A stretch of DNA of 36,310 bases. Source: Nitrospinota bacterium. Lineage in GTDB: Bacteria; UBA8248. Positions 1 through 9,401 of the stretch are shown in pieces (positions within the stretch are counted from its first letter, which is position 1; every line of letters starts with the position of its first letter). Location: assembly GCA_046581755.1 (NCBI GenBank), contig JAYGFR010000250.1, positions 1 to 36,310 of the forward strand, given 5' to 3'. The notes under the pieces were generated by a model. The model made no database searches, had not been told where the DNA came from, and was given only the letters and a program-made list of their open reading frames with translations. The position numbers were made by a program, and so were the translations under genes.

Positions 1-2
1 AC

Positions 3-941
3 ATGCAGGCGGGAATCCACTACACCATGGCGCACTGGGCGGACCTGCTGTTGGCCTTCGTGGGCGGAATCGTGAATATTATCGTGGTTTCGGCGGTCAT
101 GCCGCTTTTCGAGGCGGTTTTCAAGCTCACGACCGACATGAAGCTCCTGGAGCTTTCCGATCAGAACCATCCTCTTCTCCGCCAGCTGGTCGTCCGTGCG
201 CCGGGCACCTATCACCACAGTCTTCTCGTGGGGAATCTGGCCGAAGAGGCAGCCGAGGCGGTCAACGCGAATCCTCTTCTTGCCCGCGTCGGCGCCTATT
301 TCCACGATATCGGCAAAATCGATAAACCCGAATATTTCATCGAAAACCAGGGGCCCGTGAATCGCCATGACAAACTGAACCCGAGCATGAGCGCACTCAT
401 CCTCATCAGCCATGTCAAGGAAGGCCTCGAATTGGCGCGAAAACATCAGCTGCCGAAGGAAATCTGCGATTTTATCTGTCAGCATCACGGCACTTCGTTG
501 ATCCGGTATTTTTACGAAAAAGCCAAAGAGCAGTGCGGCGATGGCTCGGATGCCCGCGAGGAGGTCTTCCGCTATCCCGGCCCACGCCCCCAGACCCGCC
601 AGGCGGGGATTATGATGCTCGCCGATATGGTGGAGGCGGCGTCGCGATCTTTGTCCGACACCTCGCCGGCGCGCCTGGCGGGGCTCGTTGAGCGCATTGT
701 GCACACGGCATTTTCGGACGGCCAGCTGGACGAATGCGACCTGACCCTCCGCCACCTGAGCCAGATTCAAGAGGCCTTTCTCCGAGTGCTGGCGGGCATT
801 TACCATCACCGCGTAGTCTATCCCGAACAACCGGGATTTGAGCGGAAAGGAACCAATGGGGATATCCGTCACAAACCGGCAAAGGAGGGTGCGGCTCAAC
901 CGCGCGCAGTTGAGCAGGCGGGCGGAGGCGGTGCTGGATAA
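3..941 (+). CDS. 7TM-HD family phosphohydrolase (PgpH-like HD domain), probably 5'-truncated by the window edge
   Basis: A TM helix followed by APGTYHHS, HDIGK, SHVKEG, QHHGT and MLAD motifs; sits upstream of ybeY, the usual context. Confidence 0.88.
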   Translation: MQAGIHYTMAHWADLLLAFVGGIVNIIVVSAVMPLFEAVFKLTTDMKLLELSDQNHPLLRQLVVRAPGTYHHSLLVGNLAEEAAEAVNANPLLARVGAYFHDIGKIDKPEYFIENQGPVNRHDKLNPSMSALILISHVKEGLELARKHQLPKEICDFICQHHGTSLIRYFYEKAKEQCGDGSDAREEVFRYPGPRPQTRQAGIMMLADMVEAASRSLSDTSPARLAGLVERIVHTAFSDGQLDECDLTLRHLSQIQEAFLRVLAGIYHHRVVYPEQPGFERKGTNGDIRHKPAKEGAAQPRAVEQAGGGGAG

Positions 942-1359
942 ACTCCGGGCCTCTGAAAAGTCCATCGATGTCGCTATTGTGGGCGACCGGGCCATTCGCT
1001 CGCTGAACCGGAAGTATCGCAAATTGGATGAGGTGACGGATGTTCTTTCGTTTCCCTCCGGCCCCTTTCCGACCGAAGCGTCTCCGGGCTTTGCGCCGGA
1101 CGATTTTCATTCCGCCCAGGATCTGAATCATATCGGCGATGTCGTCATATCGATAGACGAGGCCCAGCGCCAGGCGGCGGAAGACCGAGTTTCCCTCGAT
1201 GTGGCGATCGATCGCCTTCTCATTCACGGGTTTCTACACCTTCTTGGATTCGAACACGAAACCGCCCGCGGCGCGGCGCAGATGCGTCGAAAAGAATCCC
1301 GGCTGCTGGATTTACTTCACGGCGCAGGCCTTCCGGGGTATGCCGGACAGGGAAAATAA
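856..1359 (+). CDS. ybeY: rRNA maturation endoribonuclease YbeY
   Basis: LNRKYR..TDVLSF, GDVVIS and HGFLHLLGFEH (H3xH5xH) motifs; ATG at 856 follows GGAAAGGA. Confidence 0.95.
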   Translation: MGISVTNRQRRVRLNRAQLSRRAEAVLDKLRASEKSIDVAIVGDRAIRSLNRKYRKLDEVTDVLSFPSGPFPTEASPGFAPDDFHSAQDLNHIGDVVISIDEAQRQAAEDRVSLDVAIDRLLIHGFLHLLGFEHETARGAAQMRRKESRLLDLLHGAGLPGYAGQGK

Positions 1360-1417
1360 TCCCGAGAGGCCGGGGCCGCACGCCTCGCAGCGATGGGAAA
1401 TGGACAAAGGATCGTAG

Positions 1418-1930
1418 ATGAAGTCATTTTGGGCCCCTTGGCGCATGGAATATATTTTGCGGGACAAGCCAGATGCGTCCGCTCCGGTCACGGAGGGGAG
1501 TCCCTGCGTGTTTTGCGACTTGCTCCAGGACGCGGACGGTCCCGGGAATCTCGTTCTTTATCGCGGTGAAGCGGCTTATGTGGTGATGAATAAATTTCCC
1601 TATTCCAACGGCCATCTTTTGGTGGTTCCGATCCGCCACGAAAAAAATTTCGAGTCCCTCTCAGATATAGAGGGCGCCGAAATTTTCCGGCTGGGGCAAA
1701 AGTGCATCACCGTTCTTCGCCAGACTCTGAAAGCGGACGGGTTCAATATGGGCCTGAACCTCGGCCGGGCTGCCGGAGCGGGGATTGCTCCCCATCTGCA
1801 TTTCCATGTGGTTCCAAGATGGGAGAACGATCATAATTTCATGGCGGTTCTGGGGGATGTCCGGATCATCCCCGAGCATATTCAGACGACCTACAAAAAT
1901 TTAAAACGGACTTTTTCGGAAAATTTGTAG
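1418..1930 (+). CDS. HIT family hydrolase (Ap4A phosphorylase-like)
   Basis: WAPWRMEYI, CVFC, NKFPYSNGH and the HLHFHVVPRW histidine triad. Confidence 0.92.
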   Translation: MKSFWAPWRMEYILRDKPDASAPVTEGSPCVFCDLLQDADGPGNLVLYRGEAAYVVMNKFPYSNGHLLVVPIRHEKNFESLSDIEGAEIFRLGQKCITVLRQTLKADGFNMGLNLGRAAGAGIAPHLHFHVVPRWENDHNFMAVLGDVRIIPEHIQTTYKNLKRTFSENL

Positions 1931-1961
1931 GCATCGGATCAACTTTCGGGGACAAGGGCGA

Positions 1962-2369
1962 ATGGGTGCTTTGCGGTTGATTCTGGGTTTGCTGCTGGCG
2001 GTGGCTGTCGTCAGCTTCGGGGTGATGAACATGGACCCCGTGTCGGTAACCTACCACCGGATTGGTACCTACAAGGTACCGCTCTTTTATGTCCTTATCG
2101 CCTTTTTCGCCTCCGGCTTCGTGGTGGCCTGGGTGGGCGGGCTGTTCGACCGGCTCCGCTTTTACGCCCGTCTGATGGGCTACCGGAGGGAAGTCCGCTC
2201 GCTCAAGCGGGACCTGGAGGAAGCCCGGCAAAAAAGCGACCACCTTTTGCCGCCCCCGGCGGCGGGGGCCAACGGTGAGGCGCCGGGACTCTCTCGCCCC
2301 TCGGGCGCGGCAGGTTCTTCGCCATCCGGGACTCAAAATAGAGAGGGCGGAAATGTCTCCGTCAATTAG
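1962..2369 (+). CDS. LapA-domain membrane protein
   Basis: Two TM segments with an N-x-x-x-V motif after TM1, then a basic coiled coil (RREVRSLKRDLEE). Confidence 0.7.
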   Translation: MGALRLILGLLLAVAVVSFGVMNMDPVSVTYHRIGTYKVPLFYVLIAFFASGFVVAWVGGLFDRLRFYARLMGYRREVRSLKRDLEEARQKSDHLLPPPAAGANGEAPGLSRPSGAAGSSPSGTQNREGGNVSVN

Positions 2370-5097
2370 AGGGGCTGGGGAGGCTCCCCCCGTCCAGGCC
2401 GCCATGCCCGGGCGCATCCGGGAAGCCCCCAAAAAGGGAGGGGCCGGCAGCAACAGCCCGGCCATGCGCCAGTTCCTAGAAATCAAAAGCCGTCATCCCG
2501 ATTCCCTGCTGTTTTTTCAGATGGGCGATTTTTTCGAGATGTTTTTCGAGGATGCCCTTGTCGGCGCAAAGGTTCTCGAACTGACCCTGACTTCCCGCCA
2601 AAAGGACTCTGACGGCGGGCCCATCCCCATGTGCGGCGTTCCGGTGCATGCACTCGATTCCTATTCCTCGCGGCTCCTCGAGGCAGGCTATAAGGTCGCT
2701 ATCTGCGAGCAGGTGGGAAACGTTTCCGAGGCAAAAGGAATCGTCAAGCGCGAGGTCGTCCGGATCCTCACACCCGGAACGGTCAACGATCCGAAATTGA
2801 TGGACGGAAAGGAGCCATGCTATCTGGCGGCGCTTTTTGGCGACGAAGCCAAGCCAAATTCGGGATGGGGCGTTGCCTGGGTGGATTTATCCACGGGCGA
2901 ATTTTGCGCCAGCGAGATTGCGGGAAACCGCGCCGGTATGCTCCTGGCGGATGAGATCGAGCGGCTGCGGCCGAGGGAACTCTTGATTTCCGAAGAAGCC
3001 GCCCTGCCGGAACCGGCGATGGGTCTTTTGACGGAAATCGGGGCCCGGGTGGAACGCCGGGGTGTGGATGCATTTCGAGGCCCCTCGACGGCATCGCTCC
3101 TTTCCGAGCAGTTCGGCGAAGACGAAGACATCGATGCGGAAGCGAAAAGGCATCCATTGGCCTCAGCCGCCGCCGCCGCCCTGATTTCCTATATCCGGGA
3201 AAACCAGCCCGGCGATCTTCCCCATCTGCGGCCCATTTCCTTCCAGCGCCATTCGGACACCATGCTGTTCGACGCCGCCACCCAGCGGAACCTCGAACTG
3301 GTTCGATCCTCCCTGGACGGAGGACGAAAGGGAACGCTCCTGGATCTGATGGATGAAACGCTGACGGCCATGGGCGGACGCTTGATGAAGCGATGGGTTC
3401 TGTCGCCGCTAATTTTGGTGAAGGCTGTGGCGCGGCGCGCCGACGCGGTGGAGGAACTGGTCGAGGCCCGTGCCCGCCGCGATGCCCTGCGGGCCGCGCT
3501 CGGTGATATCCAGGACCTGGAACGGATCCTGGGGCGGGTCGGCATTCAAACAGCGAACGCGCGGGATCTTCTGGCGCTGGGAAACTCCCTCGCCGCCCTG
3601 CCGGCGCTTCGTGAGGCGCTGGATGATTCGCGTTCGGCTTTCCTGGCCGATATCCGGGACGAATGGGATTCGATGGAGGATTTATCGAAAGAACTCTGCG
3701 ATTCGCTTCAGGAAAGTCCTCCCCTGACGATTCGCGAGGGGGGGATGATTCGGGACGGAATGGACCCCGAACTCGACCGCCTGCGGGATGCGAGCCGGGA
3801 GGGGAAATCCTGGATCGAGTCCTACGTGATGAAGGAGCGCGAGCGGACCGGCCTGCCGCTGAAGGTAGGGTTCAACCGGGTATTCGGTTTTTATCTCGAG
3901 TTGTCAAAGCGTTATTCGGATGATGCCCCCATCGAATACACCCGAAAGCAGACTCTGGTGTCCGCCGAGCGTTACGTGACCCCGGAACTGAAAAAAATCG
4001 AGGACGATGTCCTGGGGGCCGAGGAGAAAGCCAAGGAACTCGAATATCTCCTCTTCGGGCGGCTCCGGGCCTGCGTCGCATCCGAATCCAGGCGAATCCT
4101 GCAGGCCGCGGACCGGGTAGGGCGCCTCGATGCCGCGGCATCGATGGCGGAACTCGCCTTCCTCAGGGGGTATGTGCGGCCCGAGATCGACGAGGGAGAG
4201 GGCATCGAAATTATCGAGGGGCGGCATCCCGTAATGGAGGCCTATCTTGCGGCGGCATTTGTTCCCAATGACCTGCGCATCGGGGGCGAGAGGCAAATCC
4301 TCATCGTGACGGGCCCCAACATGGCGGGAAAATCCACCTTTCTCCGCCAGGCGGCCCTGACGATTCTGATGGCGCAGATGGGCAGTTTCGTCCCCGCGAA
4401 ATCGGCTAGAATCGGTTTGGTGGATCGGGTGTTCACTCGCGTGGGCGCGCATGATCGCCTCCTCGAGGGGCAAAGCACCTTTATGGTGGAGATGATCGAG
4501 ACGGCCACCATCCTCCGGGAGGCCACTTCGAGGAGTTTCGTCGTACTCGATGAGGTGGGCCGGGGGACCAGCACCTACGATGGTGTGAGCATCGCCTGGT
4601 CCGTGGTCGAGTATCTCCACGAATCCCCCGAGCACCGGGCGCGCACCCTTTTTGCCACCCATTATCATGAGTTGGCCGAGCTTACGAAGCTCTGGCCCCG
4701 GGTGTCGAACCTGACGGTGGAGGTGCGGGAATGGGGGGATGAAGTGGTATTCCTTCGAAAAGTCAGTGAGGGGAGCAGCGACCGGAGCTACGGAATCCAT
4801 GTCGGCCGCCTGGCGGGCCTGCCCGATGAGGTCATCAGGCGGGCCAGGGAAATCCTCGCCGGACTCGAATCCGGAGAGAATTCGCCCGTTGCCCGCCCGA
4901 GGACGAGCGTTGGCAGAAAATCCGGCGGGCCGACGGAAAATCAGCTTCCTCTCTTTGAGGATGTATCATCGGCGATAGTGGCCGAGTTGAGCCGGATCGA
5001 CCCCGACAGGCTGAATCCGCGCGAGGCCTTGGATCTGCTTTACGATCTGAGCGCCCGGGCAAAAGGCCGGGGAAACAATTCATTGATTGAGCCCTGA
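2353..5097 (+). CDS. mutS: DNA mismatch repair protein MutS
   Basis: GDFFEMF, PMCGVP, Walker A TGPNMAGKST, STFMVEM, DEVGRGTS, FATHYHEL and a C-terminal QLPLF clamp-binding-like motif. Start uncertain (2353 or 2404). Confidence 0.97.
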   Translation: MSPSIRGAGEAPPVQAAMPGRIREAPKKGGAGSNSPAMRQFLEIKSRHPDSLLFFQMGDFFEMFFEDALVGAKVLELTLTSRQKDSDGGPIPMCGVPVHALDSYSSRLLEAGYKVAICEQVGNVSEAKGIVKREVVRILTPGTVNDPKLMDGKEPCYLAALFGDEAKPNSGWGVAWVDLSTGEFCASEIAGNRAGMLLADEIERLRPRELLISEEAALPEPAMGLLTEIGARVERRGVDAFRGPSTASLLSEQFGEDEDIDAEAKRHPLASAAAAALISYIRENQPGDLPHLRPISFQRHSDTMLFDAATQRNLELVRSSLDGGRKGTLLDLMDETLTAMGGRLMKRWVLSPLILVKAVARRADAVEELVEARARRDALRAALGDIQDLERILGRVGIQTANARDLLALGNSLAALPALREALDDSRSAFLADIRDEWDSMEDLSKELCDSLQESPPLTIREGGMIRDGMDPELDRLRDASREGKSWIESYVMKERERTGLPLKVGFNRVFGFYLELSKRYSDDAPIEYTRKQTLVSAERYVTPELKKIEDDVLGAEEKAKELEYLLFGRLRACVASESRRILQAADRVGRLDAAASMAELAFLRGYVRPEIDEGEGIEIIEGRHPVMEAYLAAAFVPNDLRIGGERQILIVTGPNMAGKSTFLRQAALTILMAQMGSFVPAKSARIGLVDRVFTRVGAHDRLLEGQSTFMVEMIETATILREATSRSFVVLDEVGRGTSTYDGVSIAWSVVEYLHESPEHRARTLFATHYHELAELTKLWPRVSNLTVEVREWGDEVVFLRKVSEGSSDRSYGIHVGRLAGLPDEVIRRAREILAGLESGENSPVARPRTSVGRKSGGPTENQLPLFEDVSSAIVAELSRIDPDRLNPREALDLLYDLSARAKGRGNNSLIEP

Positions 5098-5116
5098 GGG
5101 ATAAAGGGGATATAAT
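5087..5116 (+). promoter_or_regulatory. Putative sigma70 promoter for the DUF4390-kinase-REC/LpxC operon
   Basis: TTGAGC-18 nt-TATAAT. Confidence 0.4.
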
Positions 5117-5140
5117 CCTCCCTTGATTATGGGAGAGGGC

Positions 5141-5755
5141 ATGAGCGGTAAGTTGATGTATTTCACCACATTATGGCGATCGATCTTAACGGCTGGCTCC
5201 ATTTTGTTGCTGGCGGGGACCGGGTTACCAGCCATTGGTGCATCGGAAAACGGGAGTTCGCCCGAGATTCGGGATATGGTGGTCGTGGAAAAGCAGGGCC
5301 GCCTCCTCGCATTTGTATCGTTGCGCGGTGCATTCTCGCCCAAGGTGTTCGAAGCTCTTCAAAGCGGGGTGACCACGCGTTTTACCTTCGAAATCGCCTT
5401 GATGCGGCACAGAGTCCTCATCTACGACACCGAGGTGGACCGCCAAACGCTGGTCCACATGATTAAATATGACACCCTGAAAAAGGCGTATACCTTCACC
5501 TCTCAAAATGGTTCGGATGAAAAAATCGAGAAAGTTACGAAAAGCCGGAAGGAAATGATGAACTGGATGGCGGATATCAATGGCCACGAGATAGCGCAGG
5601 TCGGCGATCTGAATCCCAACGAGCGCTATTATATCCAGGTCCGCGCCAAGCTTAATTCGGTGGATTTCTCATTTCCTTTCAACTACATGCTCTCCTTCCT
5701 GGCTAACAAGACACCGTGGGCCGCTTCTCCCCTCTTCGACGCAAAGGGCATGTAG
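5141..5755 (+). CDS. DUF4390-like exported protein
   Basis: Signal-peptide-like N-terminus; EALQSGVTTRFTFEIAL and IKYDTLKKAY segments; directly upstream of an NtrY-like kinase. Confidence 0.75.
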   Translation: MSGKLMYFTTLWRSILTAGSILLLAGTGLPAIGASENGSSPEIRDMVVVEKQGRLLAFVSLRGAFSPKVFEALQSGVTTRFTFEIALMRHRVLIYDTEVDRQTLVHMIKYDTLKKAYTFTSQNGSDEKIEKVTKSRKEMMNWMADINGHEIAQVGDLNPNERYYIQVRAKLNSVDFSFPFNYMLSFLANKTPWAASPLFDAKGM

Positions 5756-5758
5756 GCG

Positions 5759-8023
5759 ATGTATCCCACGAGCCTGGATTACGAGGAAATCACCGCACGC
5801 CGGCGAAAGAATATTCGAAGGGCGACTCTCGGCCTGATCGGCATTACGGTCCTTTTGTTGACCGCCTGGATTTATTTCAAGGAACTGGAGCCGGGAACGC
5901 CGCTACTGAACAATGTGGTGGTGTTCGCTCTCGTCAATCTCAACATCATCCTTTTGATGGTCTTGGGCCTGCTGATCGTTCGAAACCTCGTTCGTCTTTA
6001 TCAATCCTCGCAAAAGGGACCGGGCGGCCTTCGGCTTCAGGTGAAGCTCATTGGTGCGTTCGTCGGTTTCACCTTGGTGCCCTCGGTGGCCTTGTTCCTG
6101 ATCGCGAGCGGCCTCATTAATCAAAGCTTCAACACGATCTTCAACATGGAAGTCGAAGGCGCCCTCAAAGGCTCGGTCCTGGTGGTCGAAACCTATTACC
6201 GCGAGACCGAGCGGGACGCGCTGGCCAGTGCGAAGAGTTTGGCCAAGGATATCGAGGAAAGAGGGTGGAGCGGCCTCAAGAATGCCCGCCTTTTGAAGGC
6301 CCATATCAAGGCCGTCAGGGGAAATTACCGAGCGGACGCGATTCAGCTGTTCAACGCCGATCGCAAAAGTCTGGCCTACGACATTCGGGAAAACATCCCC
6401 TCGGCGATGGTTTTTTCCCCCAATCAGGCCTACGTCGAGAAGGTACTGCAGGGGGAGATCCGATCAAGCGTGGAAAGTTGGGGCGATGGCGATGCCATTC
6501 ACGGCGTTGTGCCCATCAAGTCGCGCTCCAAGGTGACGGGTTTCGTCGTGGTTTCCCGGTATATTCCAGAGCGGCTCGCCGCGAAGATGAAGGACATGAT
6601 CATTGCCTACAAGGACTACAAGGAAATCGAACTGTCGAAAAATCCAATCAAGGCGAGCTATATCATTACATTTCTCCTCATCACGCTCCTGATCCTGTTT
6701 GCGGCCACTTGGTTCGGCTTCTACATCGCCCGCGGCATCACGGTGGCGATAGAAAAACTGGCCGAGGCCACCCGCTCCGTCGCCGAAGGCGACCTGGACC
6801 AACGGGTGGATGTCCAGGCCGACGGCGAAGTGGGAATCCTGGTCGATTCGTTCAACATCATGACGCAGGAACTGATGGCCAATAAAAGGAAAATCGAAGA
6901 CGCGACCTTGGACCTCCAGCGATCGAGCGCCGAAATAGACCAAAGACGCCGCTACATGGAGGCCATGCTCGAACATATCGGTACCGGCGTGGTGTCCATC
7001 AACCGCAGGGGAAGGGTTACCATCCTGAATAACGCCGCCGGCGAACTTCTCCGCATTGAGCCGGAATGGGCCCTCGGCAAGCCGTTCAACCAGGTATTCA
7101 AGGCCCAGCACCTCGAGCCCATCCGGCGGTTTCTGCGGACGATGCGCGAGGAGGGCCGCAAGAGCGTTTCCGAACAGGTCGATGTCCTGATCGACGGTCA
7201 GCTCCTGGCCCTGCGGGCGAGCCTCACATTGCTCCGGGACGCGGACGAGAGGCATCTCGGCGCGGTGGTCGTTTTCGACGATCTGTCGGCCCTCATTCGC
7301 GCCCAAAAAGTGGCGGCATGGCGGGAGGTGGCCCAGGGCATCGCCCACGAAATCAAGAACCCGCTCACGCCCATTCAGCTTTCCACCGAAAGAATGCGCC
7401 GAAAGTTCGAGCAAAAGGCGGTGGATTTTCCCGAGGTATTCGAAATTGCCACCGACACCATTATCCATCAAGTGCAGGGGCTCATGGAATTGGTGAACGA
7501 ATTCAGCCGCTTCGCCCGGATGCCCGAACCGCGCCTTCGGCCCTGCCTGATTGCCTCGCTCATCGATCAGGTGGTCGATCTTTACAGGAGCCGCCGGGGG
7601 GATTTGTCGCTCGGCCAGGAAATCCGCGGCAAGCTGCCTTCTATCATGGCCGATCCCGATCAAATTCAACGCGTCTTGATCAACCTGCTGGAAAATGCAT
7701 TTGATTCCATGGATGCCGAGGGAGAGGTCAAGGTTCACGCCCATTTGAACACCGAACGGAATCAGGTGGTCATCGAGATTTCCGACGAGGGGAAGGGAAT
7801 CCCCGTGGAGAACAAGGAGCATATTTTCTCCCCTTATTTCTCCACCAAATTCCAGGGCTCGGGTCTTGGCCTTGCTATCTGCCACCGGATTGTGGACGAT
7901 CACAACGGTACCATCACTGTGCGGGATAACCGGCCGCAGGGTTCTATATTCCGAATCGATCTCCCCGTCGCATCATCAGCGCCCATACCCGCAGAAATCG
8001 AGAGGACGGCAGCGATTGGATAA
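5759..8023 (+). CDS. ntrY: NtrY-like membrane sensor histidine kinase (TM-periplasmic-HAMP-PAS-HisKA-HATPase)
   Basis: Several TM helices, HAMP (EGDLDQRV..DEVGILVDSFN), PAS, H-box AHEIKNPLTPIQL, N-box NLLENA, DEGKGI, GSGLGLAI. Confidence 0.88.
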   Translation: MYPTSLDYEEITARRRKNIRRATLGLIGITVLLLTAWIYFKELEPGTPLLNNVVVFALVNLNIILLMVLGLLIVRNLVRLYQSSQKGPGGLRLQVKLIGAFVGFTLVPSVALFLIASGLINQSFNTIFNMEVEGALKGSVLVVETYYRETERDALASAKSLAKDIEERGWSGLKNARLLKAHIKAVRGNYRADAIQLFNADRKSLAYDIRENIPSAMVFSPNQAYVEKVLQGEIRSSVESWGDGDAIHGVVPIKSRSKVTGFVVVSRYIPERLAAKMKDMIIAYKDYKEIELSKNPIKASYIITFLLITLLILFAATWFGFYIARGITVAIEKLAEATRSVAEGDLDQRVDVQADGEVGILVDSFNIMTQELMANKRKIEDATLDLQRSSAEIDQRRRYMEAMLEHIGTGVVSINRRGRVTILNNAAGELLRIEPEWALGKPFNQVFKAQHLEPIRRFLRTMREEGRKSVSEQVDVLIDGQLLALRASLTLLRDADERHLGAVVVFDDLSALIRAQKVAAWREVAQGIAHEIKNPLTPIQLSTERMRRKFEQKAVDFPEVFEIATDTIIHQVQGLMELVNEFSRFARMPEPRLRPCLIASLIDQVVDLYRSRRGDLSLGQEIRGKLPSIMADPDQIQRVLINLLENAFDSMDAEGEVKVHAHLNTERNQVVIEISDEGKGIPVENKEHIFSPYFSTKFQGSGLGLAICHRIVDDHNGTITVRDNRPQGSIFRIDLPVASSAPIPAEIERTAAIG

Positions 8024-9359
8024 GGGGCAAATTCTTATTGTCGACGACGAAGAAAGCATAATCTCCAGTCTCGAGGGCATCCTTGAAGATGAGGGCTACC
8101 GCACGCTCAAGGCCACATCTGGGGAGACGGCCCTGGACCTGGTTCGCTCGGAATCTCCCGATGTCGTGTTGGTGGATGTCTGGATGCCCGGAATCGACGG
8201 AATCAAGACGCTTCAGGCAGTTAAAAACATGCATCCGGAAACCGAAGTGGTCGTCATGTCCGGGCACGGGACCATCGAGACGGCGGTCGCTGCGACAAAA
8301 ATGGGAGCTTTCGATTTCATCGAAAAACCTCTTTCCATGGAGTCCGTTCTCCGCGTCATCGGGTTGGCGGTGCGCAATAGAAGGCTCAAGGATTCCGGTG
8401 CGGCCTCTGGAAAAAAACCGCGCCGCGCAAAACGGAAGCCTCGCGTTGTCAATCATCGCGAAAGCGCCTGGAATGTCCCCGGTCAGGAGGCTGTCTCATC
8501 CGTGGGTTCGGCCAATTCTTTCTCTTTCGAGCGGCCCCAGAGAACGATCGACAAGAGCGTGGTCCTCTATGGCCGTGGGCTTCACTCGGGCCTGAAAACG
8601 GGTTTAATTCTCGAGCCTCTTCCCCCTGGCAGCGGGATTCGCTTCGGGAGCCTGACCACGAACGAAACCGTGGGGGCCCGGGCGGAGTTCGTCGATAATA
8701 CCAATCACGCCACCAATCTCAGGGATGGCGAAATCGTTGCCCGGACAATTGAGCACTTGATGAGCGTCCTCCATGCCTACGGAGTTTCCAATCTTCTGGT
8801 AAAGCTGAGCGAAGAGGTGCCGAACATGGACGGATCGTCGCTGGAGTTTTGCCGCTTGATCGAGGACGCCGGCCTTGTCGATCAGCCGGACGAACTGCCT
8901 TCCATCGTTATCGAGGACGTACTCGAATATGGCGATCCCGGATCGCCGGATGGATATATCCGGGTGGAACCGGGCGAGGGTTTCTCCGTCTCCTACGACC
9001 TGGACCTGCCCAGGCCCATCGGCAAGCAATCATTCGAGTACCGCCACGATAGCGTCGAATCCTTTCAACGGGAAGTCGCTCCCGCACGGACATTTAGTTT
9101 TAGCTGGGAGCTCGAAGCGCTGGAGGAGATGGGCCTGGGGGAGGGCGGCCGCTGGGGCAATGTCATCCTTGTCGATAAGGAGCGAGTGGTAAACACCGAA
9201 CTTCGCTTCGAGGACGAGTTTGTGCGCCATAAAATTCTCGACATTTTCGGCGATATATATTTGTTGGGCCGCCCGGTGGAAGGAAAAATTATCGCCTCGC
9301 GTTCGGGCCACCGCCACAATGTCGGCCTGGTTCGGCTCATCGGCAAAGCCCTCCTTTAA
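8016..9359 (+). CDS. lpxC: Fusion protein: response-regulator receiver domain plus UDP-3-O-acyl-N-acetylglucosamine deacetylase (LpxC)
   Basis: TTG start overlaps the kinase stop, with GAGAGGA upstream. REC motifs: ILIVDDE, D54 in LVDVWMPG, MSGHG, FIEKP. LpxC motifs: QRTI, GLHSG, TIEHLMS, MDGSS, ARTF, HKILD, SGH. Confidence 0.93.
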   Translation: MDKGQILIVDDEESIISSLEGILEDEGYRTLKATSGETALDLVRSESPDVVLVDVWMPGIDGIKTLQAVKNMHPETEVVVMSGHGTIETAVAATKMGAFDFIEKPLSMESVLRVIGLAVRNRRLKDSGAASGKKPRRAKRKPRVVNHRESAWNVPGQEAVSSVGSANSFSFERPQRTIDKSVVLYGRGLHSGLKTGLILEPLPPGSGIRFGSLTTNETVGARAEFVDNTNHATNLRDGEIVARTIEHLMSVLHAYGVSNLLVKLSEEVPNMDGSSLEFCRLIEDAGLVDQPDELPSIVIEDVLEYGDPGSPDGYIRVEPGEGFSVSYDLDLPRPIGKQSFEYRHDSVESFQREVAPARTFSFSWELEALEEMGLGEGGRWGNVILVDKERVVNTELRFEDEFVRHKILDIFGDIYLLGRPVEGKIIASRSGHRHNVGLVRLIGKALL

Positions 9360-9401
9360 CCGGGAGGCATACCTGAAACGACTTCTCCAAAGGAACCGGA
9401 A

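Noticed and set aside
6464..7903. Long antisense ORFs (also 13220-14491, 30907-32283, 3904-4800, 18794-19477)
   Set aside because: These are shadow frames of well-conserved genes in GC-rich DNA and have no recognisable motifs.
7866..8015. ORF-track N-terminal extension of REC-LpxC
   Set aside because: It lies inside the kinase HATPase coding region; the REC fold starts at TTG 8016, which has an RBS.
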